Shown here in pieces: positions 18,686 to 28,449 of a DNA stretch of 63,464 nucleotides. The notes beneath the pieces were generated by a model. It worked only from the letters and a program-made list of their open reading frames with translations, did not search any database and had not been told where the DNA came from. The stretch spans positions 1-63,464 of IMG/VR virus record IMGVR_UViG_3300031140_000003. One strand, given 5' to 3'. The position numbers were made by a program, and so were the translations under genes. This DNA is from a virus (taxonomy: Duplodnaviria; Caudoviricetes). The stretch's first letter is position 1, and each line of letters opens with the position of its first letter.

Positions 18686-18733
18686 TTTTTTTATATCAAT
18701 TAAAAGTATTATATTTACATATAACTAATAAAC
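18686..18733 (+). promoter_or_regulatory. Conserved putative early promoter, copy 3
   Basis: TTTTTTTATATCAATTAAAAGTATTATATTTACATATAACTAATAAAC. Confidence 0.75.
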
Positions 18734-18741
18734 ATCAAAAC

Positions 18742-19671
18742 ATGGGAAAAGCAGACTACGGATATTGTTGTATTAATTTAACTCTCCAAAAAGAAAAAGA
18801 TATTAAAATAGGTAGAAGTATGATCAAACGTACATTTACTGCCAAAGGTATAAAATATGCAAGTGAATTAGCTGAAGCTAACCTTCGAGATCTTATTGAA
18901 ATTATAAAGTGGAATCATTCACAAGGAATTACAATGTATCGAATGAGTTCTAGTATGTTTCCTTGGATGAGTGAATACGAATTCAGCGAAATGCCAAACT
19001 ATACAGTTATTAAAAACCTACTTAAAGGTGCAGGTACTTTAGCAAGATCATACGGCCAAAGATTAACGTTTCATCCTGGTCAATTTTGTGTGCTAGTAAG
19101 CCCAACTCCTAAAGTTGTTGTAAGTGCTATCAATGAATTGCGTAAGTCTGGTGAAATCATGGATTTAATGGGATTTGCTAGAGATCATAACTCTGCTATG
19201 AATATACATGTTGGCGGTTCTTACGGCGATAAAGAATCTGCAATACAAAGATTTATAAATGTATGGCCAAGTTTACCTGAAACTGTTAAAACAAGATTGG
19301 TTCTAGAAAATGATGACAAGCCTTCTCAATACGGCGTAGAAGATTTATATAGAATATTCGAATCATGTGGCACTCCAATTACATTTGATTACCACCACCA
19401 TAAATGTTATGAAGATCCAATGCCTGAAAAAGATGCATTAGAATTATGTGCTAAAACATGGCCAGCTGGTATTCGTCAATTATGTCACTATTCTTCTTCA
19501 AAAAAATTACATGAAGATGATTCAGTTATACTAAGAGCCCATGCTGATTATATTTATGAAAAAATTGAAACTTATAACATGGATATTGATATAGAACTAG
19601 AAGTTAAAGCAAAAGAATTAGCTTTAATCAAATACAGAAAAGAATTCATGAATGAGCTAATTTTACCGTAA
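18742..19671 (+). CDS. uvsE: UV damage endonuclease UvsE/UVDE
   Basis: GYCCIN, YRMSS, RLTFHPGQF, NIHVGG, RLVLENDD, FDYHHH, HAD, ELEVKAKE. Confidence 0.92.
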   Translation: MGKADYGYCCINLTLQKEKDIKIGRSMIKRTFTAKGIKYASELAEANLRDLIEIIKWNHSQGITMYRMSSSMFPWMSEYEFSEMPNYTVIKNLLKGAGTLARSYGQRLTFHPGQFCVLVSPTPKVVVSAINELRKSGEIMDLMGFARDHNSAMNIHVGGSYGDKESAIQRFINVWPSLPETVKTRLVLENDDKPSQYGVEDLYRIFESCGTPITFDYHHHKCYEDPMPEKDALELCAKTWPAGIRQLCHYSSSKKLHEDDSVILRAHADYIYEKIETYNMDIDIELEVKAKELALIKYRKEFMNELILP

Positions 19672-19681
19672 TATATAACAA

Positions 19682-20479
19682 ATGAAGCAAATCATATCAT
19701 ATAACCAGTTTCTCAATGAATCTAAGTCAAACAAATTCATTGATTCAATATTATCAGCAATAGAACCAAACATCCTTAAAATGATTAATGATGTCGAACA
19801 CTATTATGTTAATGAACTTAAAAGATCGTTTTCTAAATTAGATGCAGAAAGCACTAGATTAGATATTACTTACAATTTAATAAGATCTTTAGAAAAATAT
19901 ACATTACCAACAGATACTCTTATAGATATTAATACAACAAGAGGAAGAAACGGAACGGTTAAAATTAGTGCAAATGTACAAAGGGACGATAAATCACACA
20001 AGATATCGACTGATGTTATAGTTGCAGGTGGATTTATTCAAGTAAATCACTATAGATATATCACAAAAACTACATTACCAAAAACAGGAATGAGCGAAAT
20101 GACTAAGATATATTTAGCAAAGATCAAAAAGTTATCTAAACTTGATAAATTAAATAAAGAAGTTAATAGATTGCAAGTTAGGGTAGATAAATTTACAGCT
20201 GATTTATTAATTAATACTAAAATGACAGACACTGCGATCTGGAAAGATCTATTATCAAGCGGGGAATATAAGGAATATACTTGGAAAGAGGTCGTTGGTA
20301 ATGGTGCAGATAAGAATTATGATTTTGATGAAAGCTTATTCGATACAAAACAACTAGAACGTAAGAATAGTGTGATTGCTAATTGGAAATATTTTAAAAT
20401 AGAATCAAAGGAAGATAATATTGCCAGAACTAACAAGGAAATTATCAAGTTACAGGGTAAAATAGAAAAGGAATTATAA
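19682..20479 (+). CDS. Hypothetical protein, possible internal head protein
   Basis: N-terminus IISYNQFLNE resembles the T4 capsid-targeting sequence. Confidence 0.6.
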   Translation: MKQIISYNQFLNESKSNKFIDSILSAIEPNILKMINDVEHYYVNELKRSFSKLDAESTRLDITYNLIRSLEKYTLPTDTLIDINTTRGRNGTVKISANVQRDDKSHKISTDVIVAGGFIQVNHYRYITKTTLPKTGMSEMTKIYLAKIKKLSKLDKLNKEVNRLQVRVDKFTADLLINTKMTDTAIWKDLLSSGEYKEYTWKEVVGNGADKNYDFDESLFDTKQLERKNSVIANWKYFKIESKEDNIARTNKEIIKLQGKIEKEL

Positions 20480-20556
20480 TGTCCCTTATTTTACCTTAAA
20501 GTTAATAAGATAATATAGATATATAATCTATAATAAAAAAACAATTAAAACATATT

Positions 20557-21549
20557 ATGGCTAAATTAAAAACATTTGAACAGTATGTTTCTGAGAAGGA
20601 AACGGGATCTGTTGATCAAGAATCAGCTGGCAATGAAGTTGAAGAAGGTAATGCCTTTGGCGATGCAGTAGCTAAAGCTAAAAAAGCTGGTGAAACTGAA
20701 TTTGAATTTGAAGGAGAAACTTTCAAAGTTGAAGAAGCTGAAGCGACTATTGAAGAAGATGGAACATCTATTGAAGAGGATACATCGACTATTGAAGAGG
20801 AAGAAGTTGAAGAAGGTAATGCATTTGGAGATGCTGTAACTAAAGCAAAAGAGGCTGGTGAAACTGAATTTGAATTTGAAGGAGAAACTTTCAAAGTTGA
20901 AGAGGCTGAAGCAACTATATCTGAAGCAGTTACTAAAGTAAATGCGTCAGGGTATATCAAAGCGGGCGTGTTAGGGTATAATGATCAATTTATAGGGAAA
21001 AGATCTTTATCTTATACTTTATCATCTGAATTAGGACTTGATTCTAAGAACGAATATGGCGGTGGAGATTGGATCGGATTTGATCATGTTTCTATGTATG
21101 CCTCTGGTAAAAACCAAGGAACTGTCTTAGCGGATGCTCTAACTGGTAAATATACTTATGAAGAATTAAAAGCTAAAGCAGCCGATCATTTCGGTATTAA
21201 AGAATCTGCAGAAGTTATCGAAGATTCTGAATTAGAAGATACTGAAAAAAAAAGTAAAGACGACACTGTAGCTGTATCTGAAATGCTGGAAAAGTGTTAT
21301 GAATCTTGTAAAGAAGAAGCAATGCTTTGGAAAGACGATGCACATGATTCACATACTGTAGAATCTTACATGGCTGAGAATGCTGCATTGATTGCTACAT
21401 TAGCAGTTTCAGCATTAAAAGAAATGAATACTGAATATTCAACTGAAGCATTTGAAGCAGCTTGCAATAAAATGGTCGAGTCTTATACGACAAAGATCAC
21501 GGAATTAAAAGAAACTGAATTATCTGCTGATGCATCTGACATAGAATAA
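20557..21549 (+). CDS. Acidic protein with duplicated 39-aa module, possible internal head protein
   Basis: N-terminus LKTFEQYVSE; EGNAFGDAV.KAK.AGETEFEFEGETFKVEE twice. Confidence 0.7.
   Translation: MAKLKTFEQYVSEKETGSVDQESAGNEVEEGNAFGDAVAKAKKAGETEFEFEGETFKVEEAEATIEEDGTSIEEDTSTIEEEEVEEGNAFGDAVTKAKEAGETEFEFEGETFKVEEAEATISEAVTKVNASGYIKAGVLGYNDQFIGKRSLSYTLSSELGLDSKNEYGGGDWIGFDHVSMYASGKNQGTVLADALTGKYTYEELKAKAADHFGIKESAEVIEDSELEDTEKKSKDDTVAVSEMLEKCYESCKEEAMLWKDDAHDSHTVESYMAENAALIATLAVSALKEMNTEYSTEAFEAACNKMVESYTTKITELKETELSADASDIE
20635..20919 (+). repeat. Direct repeat of about 117 nt, period 168 nt
   Basis: Copies start at 20635 and 20803. Confidence 0.9.
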
Positions 21550-21573
21550 TCAAAATAATTTAAATTTATTAAT

Positions 21574-21600
21574 AAAAGCTCGGATAATCCGGGCTTTTTT
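21574..21600 (+). terminator. Rho-independent terminator
   Basis: AGCTCGGA-TAA-TCCGGGCT plus T-run. Confidence 0.85.
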
Positions 21601-21603
21601 CGT

Positions 21604-21629
21604 AAACAATCCTAAATTAAACTGTATAA
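21604..21629 (+). promoter_or_regulatory. AAAC-N17-TATAA promoter
   Basis: Immediately after the terminator; exact spacing. Confidence 0.6.
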
Positions 21630-21650
21630 ATATTATTATAATATATTAAT

Positions 21651-22169
21651 ATGCCAAAGATACCAATAGAATTAGTTTACATGCAAACAGCTTACCAGTT
21701 TTCTAAACTGAGTTATGCTGAAAGACGAAAAGTAGGATGTATTATTGTAAAAGATCATCAAGTTATTTCGTTTGGATATAACGGAATGCCACATGGTTTC
21801 AACAATGTTTGCGAGGAACTATTAATCACTAGACGATATTATGAAAACCCTGATATTGCCGTTGATTTAATGGATCAAGGATATTCCTGCGATAATGGAG
21901 TATGTGTCAAAGAATCTCAAGTTACCAAGCCTGCAGTTCTACATGCTGAATCTAATGCAATTATGAAAGTTGCAAAATCAACAATGAGCTGTTTAGGTGC
22001 AGAGTTATATACAACAACATGTCCGTGCTTTGGTTGTGCCAAGTTAATTATACAGGCTGGGATCTCTAAAGTATATTACACTGAAGATTATAGAGATATG
22101 AGTGGGGTGGAACTACTAGAAACTGCAGGTATATTAGTTGAACAAGTAAATGCATGGAATGGGATTTAA
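21651..22169 (+). CDS. dCMP deaminase
   Basis: KVGCII, GYNGMP, HAESNA, PCFGC. Confidence 0.92.
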   Translation: MPKIPIELVYMQTAYQFSKLSYAERRKVGCIIVKDHQVISFGYNGMPHGFNNVCEELLITRRYYENPDIAVDLMDQGYSCDNGVCVKESQVTKPAVLHAESNAIMKVAKSTMSCLGAELYTTTCPCFGCAKLIIQAGISKVYYTEDYRDMSGVELLETAGILVEQVNAWNGI

Positions 22170-22356
22170 TAAGAGATTTGTACCTGAATTAGAAGACTTA
22201 AAAAGGAGAAGAATATCCCTAGGTGACAATATGTTCTTTAAAATATACATAACGAGCCCTGATACTGTGATAGGTTCTATTGAATCAATAGATTATATAG
22301 ATACATTCGCGAGAGAACATAGATCTCTTCTAGATTCTAAAAATAAACAAAAGTAA
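22150..22356 (+). CDS. Hypothetical protein (start may be 22159)
   Basis: ORF track. Confidence 0.55.
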   Translation: MHGMGFNKRFVPELEDLKRRRISLGDNMFFKIYITSPDTVIGSIESIDYIDTFAREHRSLLDSKNKQK

Positions 22357-22370
22357 TATTATTGATATAA
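22345..22370 (+). promoter_or_regulatory. AAAC-N17-TATAA promoter
   Basis: Exact spacing. Confidence 0.55.
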
Positions 22371-22388
22371 ATAATAAATAAATAAAAA

Positions 22389-22919
22389 ATGACAGCAGTG
22401 CAAGAAAATATAGAGCAATACCAATGGATCAAAGGAGATAATTTTGGTACAATAGTGAGTGTTGAATCGACTGATTCAGAATTCATAAACTTCACAGATG
22501 GTTCGAGAGTGTTTAAGGCAATTCAATCTGAATTTTTAGAGAAAATAAATGATGGTGTAATTCCCTTACCAGGCGCTGATAAGGCGAATATGATGCTTAA
22601 CCAGAATACTAAATCAACAATTAAACAAGTATCTAGCATATCACAACCAGTCCAAAAAACTACCCCAGTAAAAGAGGAATCAATAATGGGTAAAATGATA
22701 TCGAAGATGAGTAAGAAAAATGTAGTTAATGTTCCTATTCAAATCAATCTTAATATACCAACCCCTGAATTATATTCTATATTAAGTGGTGGAATGGAAG
22801 AAGGAGATTTGAATGAGGAAATTATGGAAGTTGCTCTTAGTCAAATTCAAATTGAAAAATTACAAGAATATATAAAAGGAAATGTAACCATGTTTCTTTC
22901 AGAGTACTACCAGTCATAA
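22389..22919 (+). CDS. Hypothetical protein
   Basis: ORF track; A-rich leader. Confidence 0.7.
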   Translation: MTAVQENIEQYQWIKGDNFGTIVSVESTDSEFINFTDGSRVFKAIQSEFLEKINDGVIPLPGADKANMMLNQNTKSTIKQVSSISQPVQKTTPVKEESIMGKMISKMSKKNVVNVPIQINLNIPTPELYSILSGGMEEGDLNEEIMEVALSQIQIEKLQEYIKGNVTMFLSEYYQS

Positions 22920-22963
22920 ATTAATTCAGATAAATATTAATATCAACTAACACATATACAAAA

Positions 22964-23356
22964 ATGGGTAAAGGAACAACGAGTGCAAGAAAACAAAGAA
23001 GACAAAGTTTCAGTGACGCTGGATTTTTAAAGATTAAGAATCAATTTGGATTTTTCTCGCCACAGGCAAGAGCTTGGTATGATAAAATGAGGGAAGATGG
23101 TAAAAGTTCAATGGAAGCCAACACTAACCGAAACAACGATGCTATTTCAGATCAATTACAACTTAAATTAAATGCTGTAAAGGAAACTTGGACAGAGATT
23201 GGATATAATGCTGAAGAAGTGTTAAAACTAGAAGAAGCATGGACAATTCAAACAATAAGAGACAAAGAAACACTTAAAGAAGATAAGAAATTAATCAAAT
23301 CTTTAAGAAAAGAAGCTCAAGAATCTCTAGCAGCAAGAAGGAATGCAGCAAATTAA
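22964..23356 (+). CDS. Hypothetical helical protein
   Basis: ORF track. Confidence 0.7.
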   Translation: MGKGTTSARKQRRQSFSDAGFLKIKNQFGFFSPQARAWYDKMREDGKSSMEANTNRNNDAISDQLQLKLNAVKETWTEIGYNAEEVLKLEEAWTIQTIRDKETLKEDKKLIKSLRKEAQESLAARRNAAN

Positions 23357-23657
23357 TCTACAGTTAGCAGATAACGGCGTTATTAAGACCGTTAATGATG
23401 ATAACATAAACGGTGGAGGTGAGGTTTACGAATCTACTACTGTTTACGAATTTAATTCTATTGCAAACAAAATAAGGTTTGTTGAGGAATTGAGTATTGA
23501 CATCGGATTAGAGTTTGGTAATTCAAAGTCTAAAACACAAATTCAAATTGGGAGCGAATGGGGAGAATCATATAAGCCAACCAATAAGGAAATTGATTTT
23601 AAAATAAAGAATTTCCTAGCTCGCATAAAGAACTTGGAGAAATTAAAGAATGGATAA
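23343..23657 (+). CDS. Hypothetical protein
   Basis: ORF track; overlapping operon packing. Confidence 0.7.
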   Translation: MQQINLQLADNGVIKTVNDDNINGGGEVYESTTVYEFNSIANKIRFVEELSIDIGLEFGNSKSKTQIQIGSEWGESYKPTNKEIDFKIKNFLARIKNLEKLKNG

Positions 23658-24057
23658 TTTAACAATAGAATGTATTTGGTATCAGTCGAAGAGGGATTTT
23701 AATAAGTTCGTGAGATCTATTGAAGACCCACAGTTGACTGTTATCGATTATTCTATTATTAAAAATAAGCTGATTAAAGCAGATCCATACCACAATGAAC
23801 CTAACAGCTTTGTTATAGGTTTAAATATAATGAGTTCTTTTAAGAATACAATAAACTCAGAAAAGAAAACAACAACAACAATAGTATATTCATTTAGTAA
23901 TCTAGAACAAGATACCGTCAATAATTTCAAAGAGATGGTTTCAAAACAAACAGATAGAGAAATTGAATTTGTTTTGAATATATTACATACAATAGATACT
24001 CCATGCAATATGACATTAGATCAATTTGATCGTGTTAATTATATAAATAATGATTAG
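23650..24057 (+). CDS. Hypothetical protein
   Basis: ORF track. Confidence 0.7.
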   Translation: MDNLTIECIWYQSKRDFNKFVRSIEDPQLTVIDYSIIKNKLIKADPYHNEPNSFVIGLNIMSSFKNTINSEKKTTTTIVYSFSNLEQDTVNNFKEMVSKQTDREIEFVLNILHTIDTPCNMTLDQFDRVNYINND

Positions 24058-24640
24058 ACATCGGCTATTTAGTAAAGGTGAATATATACATGCTCTTATA
24101 TCTAACACTAGATATTCAAATATAGTTTTCCCGGTTAGGGCATTGATATATGATGTACATTTTGATGATACAATGCCTAAATACCAGGTTAGGATCGTTA
24201 AATTTTATGATGACATTAATTTTCTAAAGAGATATTTCTTTGGTATGAACTTCGAGAAAAACTTCACAGGGGGTTCTACTAAATTTCGATTCAATAGAAC
24301 AGGAATCAAAAATAAAGAAGAACTTCAAAAATACCTAGACGCTAATGCAGAAACATATATGATTACTGTGGATTCTGTGATGTGTACTCGGTCATTTAAT
24401 CAAATAAACGAACTTTATCTAAATATACAAGATTTCTTAATTGAAAAAGAGATTAGGGAGCTATACGAGAGAACCTCGCGTGGTTCTTATTCTAAGGGTA
24501 AATATTATTACGAATCTAAAGGAGTCTTTGAGGCACATCTTAAAAAGTTCCTAGGGAACAGAGCACCTGATGATTCAGAATTCTACAACAAATTATTATT
24601 CAGGCCAATGGGACCTGACTACGATAATCTAAAAGGCTAG
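24050..24640 (+). CDS. Hypothetical protein
   Basis: ORF track. Confidence 0.7.
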   Translation: MIRHRLFSKGEYIHALISNTRYSNIVFPVRALIYDVHFDDTMPKYQVRIVKFYDDINFLKRYFFGMNFEKNFTGGSTKFRFNRTGIKNKEELQKYLDANAETYMITVDSVMCTRSFNQINELYLNIQDFLIEKEIRELYERTSRGSYSKGKYYYESKGVFEAHLKKFLGNRAPDDSEFYNKLLFRPMGPDYDNLKG

Positions 24641-24693
24641 TCAATTAATCTTAATATATAGAGTACTACGTATAAAACAATAGTATAACATAT

Positions 24694-26448
24694 ATGGGAT
24701 TTAGTGTAAATGGACTAGTAAATAATAGCAGCAATGAGATTCTTAAGCTCGGTGAATTAGGTTCACAGGCTGTAAAAGACGGACTGAACAATTTATTTGA
24801 TTTGGAAGATCCGGTCGGAGTACATGCTCTTATAAGAGATAAAAATAAAGGTAATTCTCTAAAGTCATCTGATGATGAGGATAGTAGCCTGAATTTAGCA
24901 GGAGTACATACTACAATAACTGCAGAAAACAAGAAAGCACCTTACGGAAATACGTTGTATATTGACGAAAATGATTCATATGAATATAAGTCAAAGGATG
25001 CAACAGGCGCAGATAAAATAACGCAAGTAGGTCCTAGACCATACTCTGTATTTAATAAGTACTCTTTAGTTAATTTCAGAGGTACTATATTAACACCCGA
25101 GGGAGCAAGTACTGCTGGTAAGAGTGAGTTTTTTAATAAAATAGAGAAAAAATCTCTAGTTAACCCAACAGCATCTAGGATTATTGAATTAACTGGAGCA
25201 GTTGCTAAAAACTCAGGGTATAGATATCAATATTCTGATTTTGCAATGGCAAGATACTTCGGAAAGATACCTAACAATATGATGGTAACTCTTAGGAGAT
25301 TCGCTTTCCCAGCGCCTGATGATATAATAAGTCCTGTCGGTTTATCAGGAGAGTCTTTACCTCAACCCGATATTGCACGAGCAGTTACATGGATGGGAGA
25401 AGCCCCTGGTAATGCATTGTCTGATATTTTAAACTTTTCACATGGATTTGGATGGAAAGAGGCTGAGGCTGAGGTACAAACACTACAATCAAAACAAGGT
25501 AAGAAGTCTGGGTCAGTTGGCGCATTCATACAAGGTGATAGATTATTAAGTGCAGCTGCTAATGCAAAGGACGGAGGTACTGCGTATAGCTTAGCTGTTA
25601 AAAATGCAAATGCAGGATATGACGCTTTTAGTGAAACTTATCCTAATCACGTGTTTGGACCACTTAACGTAATTAAAAAGGTATTAGTCAGGGAACAAGG
25701 ATTAAATTTTGATCAGGAATTCAAACTTAAGTTTGAATATGAACTAAGAGATCTAGGAGGAGCTAATCCTAAGATATTAATGATGGATCAATTAGCAAAT
25801 ATACTAGCACTTACATATAACAATGCGCCTTTTTGGGGTGGGGATGTTAGATATATTGGGGATGGCTCTGTTAGTAAACCTCTGGGAGATATGGATATGT
25901 TAAAAGGTGGAGATTATGTCGGGTTTATGAAATCTGTTGTTAGTGATGTTACTGGGTCTAATAGTGGTAATGTAATAGATGATTTAGCTGCAGGATTTAA
26001 GGATGCAATAGGAGGTGGTATTGAAAAAACCTTAAAGAGTGTTCTTGGTGGAGGATTGATGAAAATGTTCAACTCACCGCAAGGTGGTCAATCTATTAAT
26101 GCTTTATTAACAGGGGATCCTACTGGACAATGGCATGTTACTATTGGTAATCCATTAAATCCAATCGCGGTTATTGGTAATTTAGCATGTACTGACACTA
26201 GTATTAGTTTTGAAGGACCAATGGGAGTTCAAGATTTTCCAGAAAGGTTAGTTGTTGAAATATCATTAAAACCGGCAAGGCCTAGGGATAAAGCTGAAAT
26301 AGAAAGTATGTTTAACTCAGGTAGAGGTAGATTTTACATACAACCAAAAGACGTACTTGATGTAAATGCAACTACTAATGTTAGTCCATATGGTAAGGCA
26401 CAGACAACTATAGTTGACGGAGAAATGAAAAAAATTGTGAACGGATAA
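24694..26448 (+). CDS. Probable baseplate/tail-tube initiator-type structural protein
   Basis: First gene of the baseplate cluster; the call is positional. Confidence 0.5.
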   Translation: MGFSVNGLVNNSSNEILKLGELGSQAVKDGLNNLFDLEDPVGVHALIRDKNKGNSLKSSDDEDSSLNLAGVHTTITAENKKAPYGNTLYIDENDSYEYKSKDATGADKITQVGPRPYSVFNKYSLVNFRGTILTPEGASTAGKSEFFNKIEKKSLVNPTASRIIELTGAVAKNSGYRYQYSDFAMARYFGKIPNNMMVTLRRFAFPAPDDIISPVGLSGESLPQPDIARAVTWMGEAPGNALSDILNFSHGFGWKEAEAEVQTLQSKQGKKSGSVGAFIQGDRLLSAAANAKDGGTAYSLAVKNANAGYDAFSETYPNHVFGPLNVIKKVLVREQGLNFDQEFKLKFEYELRDLGGANPKILMMDQLANILALTYNNAPFWGGDVRYIGDGSVSKPLGDMDMLKGGDYVGFMKSVVSDVTGSNSGNVIDDLAAGFKDAIGGGIEKTLKSVLGGGLMKMFNSPQGGQSINALLTGDPTGQWHVTIGNPLNPIAVIGNLACTDTSISFEGPMGVQDFPERLVVEISLKPARPRDKAEIESMFNSGRGRFYIQPKDVLDVNATTNVSPYGKAQTTIVDGEMKKIVNG

Positions 26449-26449
26449 T

Positions 26450-26941
26450 ATGCAATATAAATTTATAAATAATAAGAGGATAAGCGAAGATTCAGGTAAA
26501 TTAATATTAACCGAACCCGTTATTCTTTTTCCAGAAACAATACAAACAATAGCGACGCATATTGTTAGTTCTGATGAAACGTGTAGAATTGATTTAATAT
26601 CATCTTTATATTATAACAACCCTAATTTCTCAGAATTAATTTTAAAATTTAATAATATATCGAATCCTTTTTCAATAACAGATGGAGATATATTAAACAT
26701 ACCAGACCATAAGGCTTCATTGTTATCTTGGAAATCTATAAAAACTGAAGGATCGGACACTAGTGTGAAAGATCAATTCATGGACACTAAGAGATTAACG
26801 GTTAAGGATGCGAATAGAGTAGCTTATTTAAAAAAGAAAGCGTCTCTTAAAGCAAATGGATCTACTCAAATATTACCGCCTAATATTTTAAAGGATGGTG
26901 ATAGTAATATGAATATCGACGGAGACGTTATTACAATTTAA
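26450..26941 (+). CDS. Baseplate wedge protein, T4 gp53/LysM-like
   Basis: RIDLIS..YY......ILKFN.I.NPF....GD.L.IP. Confidence 0.7.
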   Translation: MQYKFINNKRISEDSGKLILTEPVILFPETIQTIATHIVSSDETCRIDLISSLYYNNPNFSELILKFNNISNPFSITDGDILNIPDHKASLLSWKSIKTEGSDTSVKDQFMDTKRLTVKDANRVAYLKKKASLKANGSTQILPPNILKDGDSNMNIDGDVITI

Positions 26942-26942
26942 T

Positions 26943-28442
26943 ATGGGATTAGGAAGTAAAATATTAACGAGAATAGAACCTACAATAGAGCTTGATAAAT
27001 TAAAATTCAAGTCATACGGGGAAAAGGAAGGTGAAAATCCAGGGGATAGTAATACATCAAAGGATATGGGAGTGGAGCACCCTCTTATAACTATAAATAA
27101 GTATAGATTCAAAAAAGATGATATTAAATCATTTGAAATAGCGCTAGAAGGCGTTGTCCCTTCAATAGAACTAACAATATTGGATAGTCGGTCACAGTTC
27201 ACTGGGGATTCTTTTCCAAGAGACGGTGATGTTATTAGTGTTAGATTAGCTGCGAGAGCAAAAGATACTTATAAGGATATTAGAATTGATTTTGATATAA
27301 CATCAATAGATTCACCCCCTAGGGATAATGTTTCAATCGGAAATGGTGGTGGAAAATATTCATTTAGCGGAACAATGAAAATACCGGGATTATACGCCGA
27401 GCAATGCAAATCATACGGTGTCGGAACAACACTAGAACACTTAGAGCAAATAGCAACAGATTTAAAAATAGGACTAGCAAGCAATGTCGATATAACAGAC
27501 GATTCGATGAATGTTATTACAACGTATGAGCCTATTGTAGATACTATTGATAATTTAGTAAAGCACTCATACGTTAGTGATGATGCATTTCAAACGTATT
27601 GTATAGATCCTTATTATTATATTAATTATATAGATTTAAATGTACTACTGAACGCTGACGAGGGTTTTGAAGAAATGCTGGCGTCAATGGATGTTGATTT
27701 CAATGATGTATTACACCCTGACGCAAGCGAAGGTACTAATAATATGAAGTCGTCCCTTATATTGACATCACATGAAAAATTAAAAGGAACAAATTTATTT
27801 ATAACTAAATACGCTTTAAAGAATAATACCGGGGAAAATGTAAAGAGTCACGGGTATAAACGAGTTCTTCAGTTTTTTGAAAATGAATCGGAAGAGGGAT
27901 TAGTTAGCTTTGATGTTGAGCCATTAACATCTACTACACTTGGTGAGCTATTTGAGCCTCTCAAGGGCCGTAGGGGAGAGGAGAGATACAAACAAGAAAT
28001 AAAGTATAAATATGTTGGACGTAGACATAGTGACACAGATACACTAAATACTCATGTAAATTACAACTTTGCAGAAATTCATAATAAACAGAATTTGCAA
28101 GAGCTAGATAAGATGTATTTAGAAGTAGAACTTTCAACATGGAATCCTGCAATATACAGATATCAAAAGATTCCTATTGCAATATATAATACAACAATGA
28201 ACCATATCGGGATAGATACTGAAATCAAAACTAGAAAAGAAAAATTAGGGTTTGAAGCTAAGAATAAATCCGATTTCAATAATGAATTATCTGATAAATC
28301 ATCAGTTGATGAATTCCTAAGTGGATTTTATATCGTAGGATCTATTAGATACACATACAAGCAATCAGATGGATTTATAAAACAACAAATGACTCTATTA
28401 AGAAGAGAGTGGCCGAGTAGGTTAAATAATTTAGAAGGATAA
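26943..28442 (+). CDS. Probable baseplate hub protein (gp27/gpD-like)
   Basis: Lies between gp53-like and gp5-like genes; C-terminal LSGFYIV..I.Y......Q...L.R. Confidence 0.55.
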   Translation: MGLGSKILTRIEPTIELDKLKFKSYGEKEGENPGDSNTSKDMGVEHPLITINKYRFKKDDIKSFEIALEGVVPSIELTILDSRSQFTGDSFPRDGDVISVRLAARAKDTYKDIRIDFDITSIDSPPRDNVSIGNGGGKYSFSGTMKIPGLYAEQCKSYGVGTTLEHLEQIATDLKIGLASNVDITDDSMNVITTYEPIVDTIDNLVKHSYVSDDAFQTYCIDPYYYINYIDLNVLLNADEGFEEMLASMDVDFNDVLHPDASEGTNNMKSSLILTSHEKLKGTNLFITKYALKNNTGENVKSHGYKRVLQFFENESEEGLVSFDVEPLTSTTLGELFEPLKGRRGEERYKQEIKYKYVGRRHSDTDTLNTHVNYNFAEIHNKQNLQELDKMYLEVELSTWNPAIYRYQKIPIAIYNTTMNHIGIDTEIKTRKEKLGFEAKNKSDFNNELSDKSSVDEFLSGFYIVGSIRYTYKQSDGFIKQQMTLLRREWPSRLNNLEG

Positions 28443-28449
28443 ATACTAT

